64,000 bases of DNA, taken from NCBI RefSeq assembly GCF_963506605.1, contig NC_083282.1, positions 37,138,001 through 37,202,000 on the forward strand, read 5' to 3'. How positions within the stretch are numbered: the stretch's first letter is position 1; each line of letters begins with the position of its first letter. Positions 22,669 through 35,150 of the stretch are shown here, piece after piece. Origin of the DNA: Zootoca vivipara. Its lineage: Eukaryota. The notes under the pieces were generated by a model, which was given only the letters and a program-made list of their open reading frames with translations, was not told where the DNA came from and searched no databases. Made by a program: the position numbers and the translations under genes.

Positions 22669-24643
22669 TACAAATTACTTGACACAGTACATCAGAGAAA
22701 GGCCCATGGCTTTCTACCTTTGATCAACAGCATGGTCCTGTAACATTTAAAAGTTATTTGTATGTTCTTCTATGAAAACCTGGGGAAATGTGGGATGATG
22801 GAAGCTTTATTTTTTTTCCCTGATGAAAATGTAAAAACATGAAACAATGCCACATACACAATATTTTTGCACACTATTTCCTCAAATAGGGCCCCCTGGT
22901 TCCATGTCCCCACTTATTGTAGAGCAAGGCAGTGCCACAACTCTAATATTCACAAAACCTGCCATTCCTGACAGGACATTGAAGAGGGCCAGATGAGGCT
23001 TCAAATCGATCTCAACTTTTAAGGGAGGAAGACTATCTTCCATTACTTAAGAAAGCTAGGGGTTGCCCCCAGTCACCAACAAGCCTTCAGGAGGCCAGTC
23101 TCTCTGCCATCTACCATTAGATTGCAGCCATAGTCATGCCCACTAATTTCAGTGGGTTTTCTCTGAGTATTCCTTGGTGTGGAACAAACTGAAGGAGATG
23201 AAAAGCTGCTTTTAATTATTGCAAACCTTCCAGTCTTCTGAAAGTCCATGAAACTCAGAATTGGCAGCTTTGGATCTTTCATACACTGCTTCAGAGAAAC
23301 AAAAAAATGAAACGATCAAAATGAACCTTCAGTCACAGAACCAATAAGACTGCAGTGTTTTATTAGACATAGAGATGGTATCCGAAGCAGTCCCCTTGTT
23401 AAGGGTAGAGCTGCCTTGTCTTGTGAGACAGCACAACACCATATTTTTGCTTTTAAATTGCCTCTTTGTTTTGATTTCACTAAAAGAAAGCATCCAGTAT
23501 CGACTGGACAAGAGTGAACTAACAAGCTCGTAAGTTGTAGTTTGTTTACTGACTTCAGCTGAAGAACATCAACTCTCTGAGCAGTGCCAACACCTACCTA
23601 ATTTATCTTGATTTGGAGGAGGTATTTTCAAGGTTAGCTCTGCCTCTGATTGCCAGGCCTGATTCTTTGTGTCTTGATTTAGTGCATACTGCTCCTAAGC
23701 CATGTATATAGATCAGTATGCAAGATGCCGGCAACAGGTAAAAGCTCACCTTGACCATCTCCTGCCACTTCATTCTTTTTATTTGTAGTGACAGGAGATG
23801 TTTGTTTTTTAAACAGAAAAGCTCAGAAATTTGGCCACTGTCACATAAAGTAATCAGAAAAATGCACACTGTGATAGTTGTCCTCGCCCCCAGATTTGTA
23901 CAACTTCTTATCTCATTGAGGAACTGAGGTGAATTGCTGTAGAGCACAAAAGGCAACTAATTGCAAAGGCCTTTGTGAATGTGCAGTTTTTACTTGGTTT
24001 TTAAAGTCACTCAGCATCCCAGAAAGCTGGTGGCACTACCAAGAATGCCTTGTTCCTAGTATGGCACCTGTGAAAGTCAGTTCTTGAAATTTATTGTGTC
24101 TTCAGCTACATACTGAGGAGGCAATTGTTTAAGGTGCCTAGGCCCCAAACTGTTTACAGTTGTAAAGGTGACACCCAGCACTCCTCAAAGGGAGCATGGA
24201 AAATGCCTCACATAATGCAGACTGGACAATGCCAAAATAATGTGCTCAGTCTTTTCCAACAATCGGATAGCTGCTTTTTGGTCCAATTGAGGTTTCTGGG
24301 CATTTTTGTGGGCTTCCCCAGGTAAACTCTGCTACAGGAGTCTAGTGAGGAAGTTAGTTACGCATAAATAACTGGCTAAGTCTGGCCTTTCCAGGGAAAG
24401 ACATTGCTGGTGGTAAGAGCTTGGGCGAGGGTACCATCTTAAATGGATGAGGGAGGAAGAAGTGCCTATACATAACATCAAACTTGTAAAGAATGTGTGT
24501 TCTTATGTGTGCTTTTCAGAGGCTTTTTAATACCTCTAGTCAAGCTTCCAAGTATATATTTTATTTAAAAAACGACTTTACATTTCTGCAATATGTGTTA
24601 CTCTGTGCCCTCGGAGAAATTCCAGTCTTTACTGCCCTCTGTA

Positions 24644-24807
24644 AGGTAAAGGTAAAGGGACCCCCGACCGTTAGGTCCAATCGCGGATGACTCTGGGGTT
24701 GCAGCTCTCATCTCGCTTTACTGGCCAAGGGAGCCGGCGTATGGCTTCCGGGTCATGTGGCCAGCATGACTAAGCCGCTTCTGGCGAACCAGAGCAGCGC
24801 ATGGAAA
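24644..24807 (-). mobile_element. 5'-truncated Sauria SINE
   Basis: 3' half of Sauria consensus; 11-bp TSD tgccctctgta. Confidence 0.9.
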
Positions 24808-25814
24808 TGCCCTCTGTAGTAGGAATCAATTGTAACTCGTGTGAATGAGCTATTACTGTTTCAGCTTAGAAGAAAGACAACCCCCCCCCCTACAAAGAAA
24901 GAAGCAACAGACAAGGTGACCATAGCCTTATTACAAGGCTTAGCATTTCACAGTTGCCTGCATATCCTGTGGATACTGTTTGAGTATTTGTTTGCTGGGA
25001 GCAGACTAGAATAATAGAATGGTAGGATCACCTATAGTGCAACCCTCTGCAATGCAGGACCCTCTTCCCCGTTTAAGAGTTTTCCCTGCTCATGGTTCAA
25101 AGTGTGGAGGCAGCAGAAGTGGCTGTGCTGCTTTCCCACCAGAAAATACACCATTTGACCCAAAGGTATTTGTGTCAGGCAGTGCTTGTTGAGAAAATGA
25201 AACAAATGTCAAAGTTAACCCCTTTCCTGGTGCCCCAGTCTCAATCCTTGACCTCCCCCCACACTTTCCCTAGGGCTTGTCCCAACTGGGCTTTGGTGAC
25301 TATGTGTTCGAGGCCATTTGACCTGTAAAATCAACTTTCCTTAAGTACCTTTGCCACTTCTGTCTTCTTGCCAAAATAAATTAAGAGCCTTGTTACCGGT
25401 ATGTTCTGAAAGCACGGAAAAGCCTTTAGCAAAAGCAAGAAACTATCATTTTGACCCTTAATGGAATCACTTCTAAAATCCCCGCTAAGGAACAATCACC
25501 TTGATTTATTGCAATACATCTCCAAGGCACAATAAAAAGCAAGAGTTGCCATGTTGGCCCATAAGAAAACAAAACCAAACCCTCCGTTACTTTGCTTAGG
25601 ATCCACTAAAGTGCCACAAAAATAGTAGCAAAGCTCTTTAGTTCTCTGGAATTCATCAGGTGAGATATTAGGAAGTGGAAGGAATGAGGAAAAATAAAAA
25701 GCAAGAAAATAATAATAATGAAAAGGCTGGATGTTTAGGCTCACTTCCAACATGATGACTGCAAATTCAATAGGTGTATCCAAGGTGTTATAGGGAACAA
25801 GCTGCACACTAGGG

Positions 25815-26518
25815 CAGGGGTTCCCAACAAAATTTTCTCGAGGACCCCTCATCGAGCCGCTATTGTGACAAGGACCACCATTAATTCCTAATCCTAAAAT
25901 TAAAAAGTGAGAGCCAAATTAATAGTATTTTTATATTTTATATTTATACATTTTTACAGTTACAACAGAGTACTCCATCAGTATACAGTTAGTTTTAATT
26001 TTCAGTTCTTAATGGGATGAGTTAAATCTGTCCTTTGAGTCCATTATTTCTGAAATATTAGGTTCCAAACTTGAAACTTTCATTCTGAAATCCGACCGCA
26101 TGTCGAGCCGATTCCTATATTTGTTTTTCATGAAACACATGGAACTGTAGCTTCCGCGAAAAACAACGCTTTGTTTACAAACACTACTGTTTTGCAAAGA
26201 GGCAGCGCGCACCAGGGAGGAGGGAGGGGAATGGAGAAGACAGGGTACCTGCGCAGTAGCGCACAAATGAAGCCGACGCGCGCAAAGCATCTTGGGGAGG
26301 TGAGCGTTAGTAGAATGCGCGCGCTGCCTCTTTGCAAAACAGTAGTGTTTGTAAAGCGCCACCTAACGGCATACAGCAGAACTACTGCCTCTATCTAATT
26401 CTAGTTTTGCGCTAGACTCTGCTCATGCAGGAAGCGGCCAAAACAAAAAATCTGTTATCATACGAAATATATTTAATATATTTTTTATTCTAATAGCATC
26501 TTGTGGACCCCTCTGGCA
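25815..26518 (-). mobile_element. hAT (Charlie/Buster-like) deletion derivative carrying a transposase C-terminal fragment
   Basis: TIR-like CAGGGGTTCCCAAC at 25815; minus-strand YSSMCFMKNKYRNRLDMRSDFRMKVSSLEPNISEIMDSKDRFNSSH* resembles the hAT dimerization-domain C-terminus; second TIR absent. Confidence 0.7.
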
Positions 26519-26636
26519 AGGGGAGTGGGCTGTGTGTGTGTGTGTGTATCCCTAAGAATCCTGTATCTTACAATATTTGGTCTACATGGGATGCCCACAG
26601 TGCCTTGCAAAATTAACCAATATAACCAGAAAGTTT

Positions 26637-26855
26637 TGAGAAGAGAAGACTCCCTGGAAAAGACCCTGATGTTGGGAAAGATTGAGGGCACAAGGAGCAG
26701 GGGACGACAGAGGACAAGATGGTTGGACAGTGTTCTCGAAGCTACGAACATGAGTCTGACCAAACTGCGGGAGGCAGTGGAAGACAGGAGTGTCTGGCGT
26801 GCTCTGGTCCATGGGGTCACAAAGAGTCAGACACAACGACTAAACAACAACAACA
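26637..26855 (+). mobile_element. RTE-BovB LINE 3' fragment
   Basis: RREDSLEKTLMLGKIEGTRSRGRQRTRWLD...WRALVHGVTKSQT; (CAA)n tail; 13-bp TSD aaccagaaagttt. Confidence 0.93.
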
Positions 26856-27345
26856 AACCAGAAAGTTTAAAGTAGCCATTAAATTTGAAGCCTTGCTGAA
26901 TTACTTTCTCTTTGTTCCTGTATAAGATCTTAGTAGTACTTGGTTATGTGACCTTTTTGTATTCAGTTGCAGGTGGAAGGGATAAAGGATTTTCTGTGCA
27001 TCCAAAAAGGAAGGCGGAAATTGTTGTACAACACAATACCTTGTAAAATAACACACCACTTGACAAAACCCAGCTTAAGTGCAGTAAAAAAATAGTGATG
27101 GTTTTGAACTCCTTTTGCATCCTTGACCATCACTGCTCAGTGGCCAGTCAGCCCACTTCAATTTTAATACCTACCCTTTTAAACAATTTCCTTAGATGTG
27201 CTGGCGGAGTGCATTAGTGCAGTTTTCCTCCTTCGCTGGCTTCTCTGTGCAGTGCCGAGTTTTAGAAATTTGTTTTATTTGTTGTATAGCAATGTAAGAA
27301 TCATTTTACCAGGGGCTACAGGAAGTTTAGCAGTACCACGAGACG

Positions 27346-27435
27346 CATAGCTGCCAAGTTTTCCCTTTTCTCGCGAGGAAGCCTATTCAGCATAATGGAA
27401 AATCCCTTAAAAAAAGGGATAACTTGGCAGCTATG
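27346..27435. mobile_element. 90-bp hAT MITE
   Basis: TIRs CATAGCTGCCAAGTT / AACTTGGCAGCTATG; 8-bp TSD acgagacg. Confidence 0.9.
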
Positions 27436-28427
27436 ACGAGACGTCTAATAGCATAATAGTGGCCTCCCCATATAAAAATAGCACCATTGCTACTTGCTAA
27501 TGAATGGCCCACAATAAGGAGATTACCAAAGCCTATTATTGGCTTTCTTCAAAATAAAAACTCATTGCATTAGAGAGGCTGGCTATAAAACTTGCATTGT
27601 TCACTCATTGTCCGGTGTTCTTAAAAACTTTAGAAGAAGAGTGGAGGGACAAGCTGGACTACAACTCCCATCATCCTTGACCATGGCTCATGCTGGCCGG
27701 GCCTGATGGGAGTTGGAGTCCAACACCTTCTGGAGGGCCAAATGTTTTCCATCTCAGAATTAGACAATGAGATCTGAACCAAGGTATGCTGACCCTGGTA
27801 TATATGAGCAATCATTAATTTCAGCAAGCAACAGAACAGCTGTGATGGGAAATGGATGACAAGAATGGAAGATAGCAACTCTGTGCTTCTTTTAGTAAAC
27901 TGCTTGGAACCTTGACTGAATGACAGAATCATATGAGACATTGGCACCTTGGTTGATAAGAACTCGAAAACATTATACCTAAAAAAATGCAAAAGATAAC
28001 AACAAGGGCATTATAATAGATGTGGAATTATCAACATTGTTTTGTTTTGAAGAAAAATCTTGGAATGTGGCAAAATGACCATGACTTTTTAAAATGTCAG
28101 AAAATCAGGGGTACTAGTTAAATTTTGGACACACCTGTAGTCTGCATTTTGTGGGGTTTTCCCCTATTTATGCAATGAAGTTACCTGAATTAAATACAAT
28201 GAATGAATTACCTAATTAAATGAAATTAGTTGAATGAAATTATGCATGAAATGAAATCTTCCATTGTGGTGCCTACCGTGTTGACATTAGGTGGGTGAGC
28301 TCTGATGATGAGAGCCTATCTCCTGATGGTTGCTACCATCTCCTGATGGTTGCTACCAATTCCTGATAAACCAATTCCTGTGGGGTTGTTTATTTTATTC
28401 TTAATGTTTATTTTATTCAATTTTAAT

Positions 28428-28510
28428 GGATTTCAAGATTCCTGCTTTGCAGAGGGTTGGACTAGATAACTCTCATGGTCCCTTCCAACTTTTCAATTCT
28501 ATGATTCTAC
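28428..28510 (+). mobile_element. CR1-type 3' tail fragment
   Basis: gggttggactagat...ggtcccttccaac...attctatgattct. Confidence 0.7.
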
Positions 28511-30415
28511 AAAATATACATTTAAAAGGTGGAAAATTCTGTTCTAGTTCCTGATCAATAGAAAATGTCTACAGAAAATCACCCCCCCCCCTGTTTCTTT
28601 CCTTGTTTCTTTCCTTGTAATTGCCTATTCAACTCTTCTTCATGTGCTCCCTCCATCCCCAGATCTGGCTGGCTCATTATGAATTTTATTCCAATATGCA
28701 GGTATTCTAGAAAACTTAGAAATTCTGTTTCATAACTAGGTGGGCTAGAAGAAGAGACCAACTCTTCACTCAGTCAAATGACTCCAATTGATTTGTCAAT
28801 ACAGTTATAATGCTGTTCTTACTATAACACTATTCTTATATTATTTTCTATGCACCATATAGCTATCTTATACCACTTTATGTGCCTGTTTTGCTTCAAA
28901 GGTCATAATATATTCCATGTGAAGGTAATAACATGTGTACTGCATTACATCGATGGATTTGTTTCAGTTACAGCCTGGAGTCTGTGCTCTTTAATCACTG
29001 GTTATACTTTACTCCCTGAACCACTGGGTTCCTAATCTGGAAATGTGAACCTGTATTCAATCACCAAATCTAACACAAGTGAGCATGAGACATTGTCCAT
29101 GGGGTGGTTGAATGTGTAGGGGACAAAATAATAGGTAGTGGGAGCTCAGGTAACATGAGGAAAGGCTTGGGTATAGATAAAGCTTGGAATCTAAATAATT
29201 GCACAGTTATTTATACAGGGTGAGGATTTTCATATTCTGCCCCCATCCATGTATCTCCATTTCCCTCTACAGTCCCACAAGAAACATCCGTTTTCTGGAA
29301 GCAATGCGATGTTACAGCACCGTCAGGTTAATGAGAAGGGAGGATTTGAACGCCATATGGTAGCAAGCAAGAGCAACTGACAGTTGTTAAATGTGCTGAG
29401 TGCCTGACAAGCCTGAAATTACACCCAACAAGCTCCCAACATCCTTGCATCCATTTTGAGAGGAGGTCCAGTACGTTTTTGACTTCTGTTTCTAAAGCAG
29501 CAAGAGGCAGCTCCCGAAAGCCCACAGAAAGCCGTGATTTCTATCCCAAATATCAAACGAAAGTTGGTCACAATGAATATCTCTGTGCCTTTGACGGCTT
29601 AATTTCTAGGACATCTCTGTCAGATTCCATTCAGCTCTCTGCCTGCCAGTCTGATCCTCCTGCGATTCCTCCAAATCACTCTCTCCTACTCATGTTGTAG
29701 CCTGTTTGCCCCATTATCGGGTAGTTGCTGCGAACAATGTAGCGCTTAGGTGGCCTCTACCCTCCTCAAACACTTCCTCCCCCACTGTCTTCTGCATTTG
29801 GTTTAAAGCTTGAGGTAATTAAATTTCTCTCTTTCCCCCCCTCTAGCAACATTGATCTATATTGGATATTTAGACTCCAGAGAATCAAAGCTCTTTATTC
29901 TTGCCTGGAATATGTTGCCCTCAGATTTATTCCCTACGTGCATGGAATAAATGAGGAAGGACTAATGTACTGGAGTCATAGCAGCAAGATTTGTTAACCA
30001 CAAGATGGCAGTTTGACTGCCTTGGCTAGACTTTTGTAATTGATGCATGGAAGCAGCCTCAGATTTTAGCCTGGCTTTGGCAGAGGATCCTGAGCATCTT
30101 CCTTTGGGGCTTTTAAATGGTTTTAAAAGTGAGACTTGGCTCTCAGTATTAAGGCTGCCATGTTTTAAACAGGAGGCTTGTTGGGGAATGCATTGTATGG
30201 GACATAGCATATTTCTGATGGCCTCTATATTTCTGGGAACTTTTCATATTTGCTCTTGCTTCATCAACTCCTCATAAGGAAGCTGTGCCTGGAGGAAGAA
30301 CTGGGAGGGGAGAGACTTTGTCAGGCAAGGCCTCCTTCCACCTGCCTTGCTCCACCCTCTAGTCTCTGCTTATCAATTTGTATTGTACTGTGGCTTGTCG
30401 TCGTTTTATTGATTA

Positions 30416-31637
30416 CTAGTGGATTTTAGCCCGTTTAAAAACGGGCGCTAGAGGAAGCGGCCTGCCGGGACTGGCTTGGCGGTGGCGGGTCTTCCCGCCA
30501 CCACCAAGCCAGTTCGCAGCGGGGGCTTTTCGCCGTTTGCCTTCCCCTGAGGGGGAGGCAAACGGCGAAAAACCCCGCCGCGCCGCAATTCGGCTCCGGG
30601 ACTGGCTTGGCGGTGGCGGGTCTTCCCGCCACCGCCAAGCCAGTCCGCAGCGGGGGCTTTTCGCCGTTTGCCTTCCCCTGGGGGAGGCAAACAGCGAAAA
30701 ACCCCGCCGCGCCGCAATTCGGCTCCGGGACTGGCTTGGCGGTGGCGGGTCTTCCCGCCACCGCCAAGCCAGTCCGCAGCGGGGGCTTTTCGCCGTTTGC
30801 CTTCCCTCGAGGGGGAGGCAAACGGCGAAAAACCCCGCCGCGCCGCAATTCGGCTCCGGGACTGGCTTGGCGGTGGCGGGTCTTCCCGCCACCGCCAAGC
30901 CAGTCCGCAGTGGGGTTTTTTCGCCGTTTGCCTTCCCCTGGGGGAGGCAAACGGCGAAAAACCCCGCCGCGCCGCAAATCGGCTCCGGGACTGGCTTGGC
31001 GGTGGCGGGTCTTCCCGCCACCGCCAAGCCAGTCCGCAGCGGGGGGTTTTCGCCGTTTGCCTTCCCCTGGGGGAGGCAAACAGCGAAAAACCCCGCCGCG
31101 CCGCAATTCGGCTCCGGGACTGGCTTGGCGGTGGCGGGATGTTCCCGCCACCGCCAAGCCAGTCCGCAGCGGGGGCTTTTCGCCGTTTGCCTTCCCCTGG
31201 GGGAGGCAAACGGCGAAAAACCCCGCCGCGCCGCAATTCGGCTCCGGGACTGGCTTGGCGGCGGCGGGAAAAAGGGGAGGAATTCCTCCCCTTCTTCCCG
31301 CCGCTGCCAAGCCAAAGCGGGCCTCCCTCCGTGCCCGCTGCCGCTTCGGCTTCCTCGGGTTCCCCGAGGAAGCGCCGTCCCATGCCGGAGGTGTGCGGCA
31401 AGGCTGCCGGGGGGGGGAGCGCTTCTCTCCCCCGCCGCCTCACCGCGCACCTCCAGCATGAGACTGGGCTTCGGAGCGGCGGTTGGCTGTTCCCTGTGTC
31501 CCGAGAGCACGGGTCCAATCCCTGTGTCCCTGGTTGTCCCTCCGTCCAATCCCTGTGTCTCTGGGGGACATGCGCAGTACCCCAGGGACACACGGGACAT
31601 CTGGACGCAGGGACAACATGGACATTATTATATAGGA
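30416..31637 (-). mobile_element. Non-autonomous Helitron (rolling-circle transposon)
   Basis: Minus strand starts TCCTATATAATAA and ends GCCCGTTT-TT-AAACGGGC hairpin + 9 nt + CTAG; inserted between A and T; no TSD. Confidence 0.88.
30465..31313. repeat. GC-rich minisatellite, six full 129-131-bp units plus a partial unit, inside the Helitron
   Basis: Units start at 30465, 30596, 30725, 30856, 30985, 31114 and 31244; each contains two inverted repeats. Confidence 0.95.
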
Positions 31638-32028
31638 TAGTTTAGAAATTATTTATTGTAACTTGAGGGGATTTCTATTTAACTTTTATATGTTTATATT
31701 CTTATTTTATACTACTCTAATAATTGTTGAATGTTACTTTTTGATGTAGGTTGCTTATTTTAAAGTTTTGTTTTATTATCACATTTTTGTATTGCATTAG
31801 ACTGTTATAAGATGTACATTTTTGTTTCTTCAGCTTGTAAACCGCCTTGAGTATTGTAAGATAGAAAGACGGTATATAAAAAAAGGATCAACTGTGAAAT
31901 GTCTGTAGGTGATCTGTTCTTTGCAGAATTGCACCTGCCATTTAATAGAAGATCAGGAACACAAAATAACTGCCTTGGATTCACATATGTCAAGAGATCT
32001 AATAATAACAGTAGGGTTATTCTAAGTA

Positions 32029-32256
32029 CAGTGGTACCTCTACTTGTGAATTTAATGCGTTCCGAACGCACATTCATAAGTCGAAAAAAATTGTAAGTCG
32101 AATCCCATAGGAATGCATTGGGAGAAAAAAATTCGTAAGTAGAAGCAACCCTACCTAAAAATTCGTAACTAGAAAAAATCCTATCTAAACCGCATCCAAG
32201 ATGGCGGACGGAGCTCCATTCGTAAGTAGAAACATTCGTAAGTAGAGGTACCACTG
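32029..32256. mobile_element. Tc1/mariner (Tigger-like) MITE
   Basis: TIRs CAGTGGTACCTCTACTT / AAGTAGAGGTACCACTG; TA TSD. Confidence 0.88.
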
Positions 32257-32943
32257 TATATTTTTAAAGTATTCCAGGGCATGGTAGTTAAAAGATAATA
32301 TATTAAAACAAGCATGAATGAGATTAAGCACTATGGTATACCATGGATTTTAGCCCATGTTGGACTTACTCAGAGTAGGCCCATTCATATTAATGGGCAT
32401 GGCAAATTTATGCCCATTATTTTCAGTGGGTCTACTCTGAGTAAAACTCAATGGGTCTTGTTTCCATAGGATTGTGTTGGATGTTAGTCTTATTTTCTCT
32501 AAGGAGGGGATATACTCCCCTTTCCAGCATAGGAACTAGGCTCTTTTCATCAACTCCCCTGTTCTCCCCTCCCACTCAATAAAGTGAGGTTGAGTGCAAC
32601 CATTCTGTAGCAAGTCTTCTAAGGTCATCCAATACATGAGGATGCTATATCAAGCTACTGCCATTGGGTTAGGGCTAGCATTATTCCTATCCTGACCATG
32701 AGATCAAAAATGCTCTCAAACAAGTGGCTCAGACTAGGACGTGTCATGGGTGCTTTTTGTTTCTTTAACTGTTACTACTTTGGTTAAAAAAGAAATGGCA
32801 CTCAAGACACATTCTAGTGTTAGCTGCTTGCTTCAGAACAAAAGAAGAAGAGACCTTGAAGGGAAACTAAAGTGTTATAAAAGCCAGGGACAGGGAACCT
32901 GCCTATGCTATTTATTCACTCAAAGTGATTTACTCTTAAAACT

Positions 32944-33278
32944 TTGTTGTTGTTTAGTCGTTTAGTCGTGTCCAACTCTTCGTGAACCCATGGACCAGAG
33001 CACGCCGGGCACTCCTGTCTTCCACTGCCTCCTGCAGTTTGGTCAGACTCATGTTCGTAGCTCCGAGAACACTGTCCAACCATCTCATCCTCTGTCGTCC
33101 CCTTCTCCTTGTGCCCTCCATCTTTCCCAACATCCGGGTCTTTTCTAGGGAGTCTTCTCTTCTCATGAGGTGGCCAAAGTATTGGAGCCTCAGCTTCAGG
33201 ATCTGTCCTTCCAGTGAGCCCTCAGGGCTGATTTCCTTAAGAATGGGTAGGTTTGATCTTCTTGCAGTCCATGGGACT
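32944..33278 (-). mobile_element. RTE-BovB LINE 3' fragment
   Basis: Minus-strand MRREDSLEKTRMLGKMEGTRRRGRQRMRWLD...; (CAA)n tail. Confidence 0.92.
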
Positions 33279-35150
33279 TAAAGGTTCACAAATCCCATCA
33301 TTTGGAAATGACATTAGTTCAGCAGACAGGTATTAGGTTTTTCTTGTCCACCACACGTGTTTGTGTTTTAAAGAGAGATTATTGGACTATTTATTTAAGT
33401 ATTTTGAAAATTTCTAAACTGCTCCTTCATCCAGAATGGATTCTATTGCCAATTCCAATACAATATTAAAGCAATGACAAATAAAAAATAATTTAAAAAA
33501 AATCTGACACTGAAAACTCTACAAGCAGCAGTACACTTTAAAAACCTTAGCTTCCTTAGCTAACTTGCCAAGCCCAGAATATAGAAGACACAATTTTGAC
33601 ATGGGTTCTCGATGAAGGAAAAAAGCAAACAAAAGGAGTAATTCAAGAAATACACTGAAATACTGCTGGGATGGTTTCTTTCATGCCTGTAGCTTTTTTC
33701 CTATATTTTCAATGTGATGATAATTCCAGTGACAAATGTGGAAGGAAAGGCACAAGACACAGGTGGAAATATATAACTTGGGGCCCCAAAGGACTGATGG
33801 TCCTTTAAATGAACTACCCTTAAGAAAGTACTCCCTTATACTGTATTTTTTTAAAAAATAAAAAACCCACAGAACAAAACATTCTCTAGAACAATTGTGG
33901 CAGTTACTGTTCCTTTCATAAATGCAGTCTGGTTGTGGCTGTTGTCTCTCCTGCCTCCCCTGCCATTTTGATTTACACCACTGCTTGGCTGAATGGAAGT
34001 CTTCCTCTTATTTATGACAGTAACCGAACTTTGTTCTATGGATTTAATTTGGGATGCGAACTAAAATATTTTCCTGGCTTTGGGTATAATCCTTCACTGT
34101 TTGCTGGCATTCTTGAAGATGAGATCTGAGCGAGTGTTTTAAAAAACAATCTCTGAGGAAAACTCCTCAAATTACATATGTATTCTGGATGAATACATGT
34201 TTGACTCTGAGTAGCGCACAGTAAGATGAATCTATCCATCATACATGTTTAGTGTAAAAACCTATATTTGCTTTTCTTTCTATCCTTACAGATTCGATCA
34301 CCATAGCTGGTTTGTCATTTGCTAAATACATGGGCTCAGCTCTCCGCGACCCCAGCTCATCAGTTACCAAGTGAGCAGGCTGTCATAGAAGCTACGCATA
34401 TCATTTATTACTGTCAGGTATCCAGAGATCAGAATCTTCCCAGAGCTTCTTATCCTTTGATGGCTTGGAAATAGAATGACTGGGAAAATCTTGTGCATGA
34501 GAATAGGAAATGTGAAGCTGAAATCCTGCAGGAGTCGGGCCAAAAATAGGGTTGGATAAGCTTGATTTAATTTCAGTTTTGCAACCTATTCTTTCATTTA
34601 AAATTTGCTCTGCATGATGCATCTTGGCTGTTTCTGGGAAAACCTAATGCAATGCCAACGTTTCAATAGGAACAGGTTTGGCCTCCATAATGATTGAAAT
34701 GGCCTGTAATCACAGAAGCTGGAATGTAACTTGCTTCTGAGAGGCCGTGGCTACATCTATGGTGGGGGTCGTGAAATATGCTGGTTCACCTTGTGACTGT
34801 GTCCCTGGAGGTAGTTGGGATGCATCATGTGGAAGAAAATGCACGTACCTGAACTGCTCCTTCATTGTAAGACGTTGAACTAGATGACCCTTTGGGTCCC
34901 TTCCAACTCTCTACAATTCTATGATTACTGGATGCCCATTAATAAAAGTTGATTTCGACTTTGGCTGGAATTTTATTTACACAGATGTTCATTCTTATTT
35001 ATATAGATTTAACCATGCAGGTCTCCATATAAGTCCCGCAAAGTGATTTACAGACTAAAACAATAACATTGTGCCATATAAGAAAGGAATCAAATACCAT
35101 TACTAAACATTAATTCGAGTAGCGCATTAAAGCTGACAAACTTAAATGTT

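Noticed and set aside
22819-22852. Hammerhead-like ctgatga...gaaac motif
   Set aside because: No helix III closure with a UH cleavage triplet and no helix I; likely chance.
28318-28357. 20-bp tandem duplication atctcctgatggttgctacc
   Set aside because: Isolated slippage duplication with no further structure.
30465-31313. CRISPR-like array of palindromic repeats
   Set aside because: Units are contiguous with no unique spacers, there are no cas genes, and the context is eukaryotic.
30416-31645. Six long overlapping ORFs (284-394 aa) on both strands
   Set aside because: Products of a stop-poor GC-rich tandem repeat inside a Helitron; repetitive peptides with no recognisable domain.
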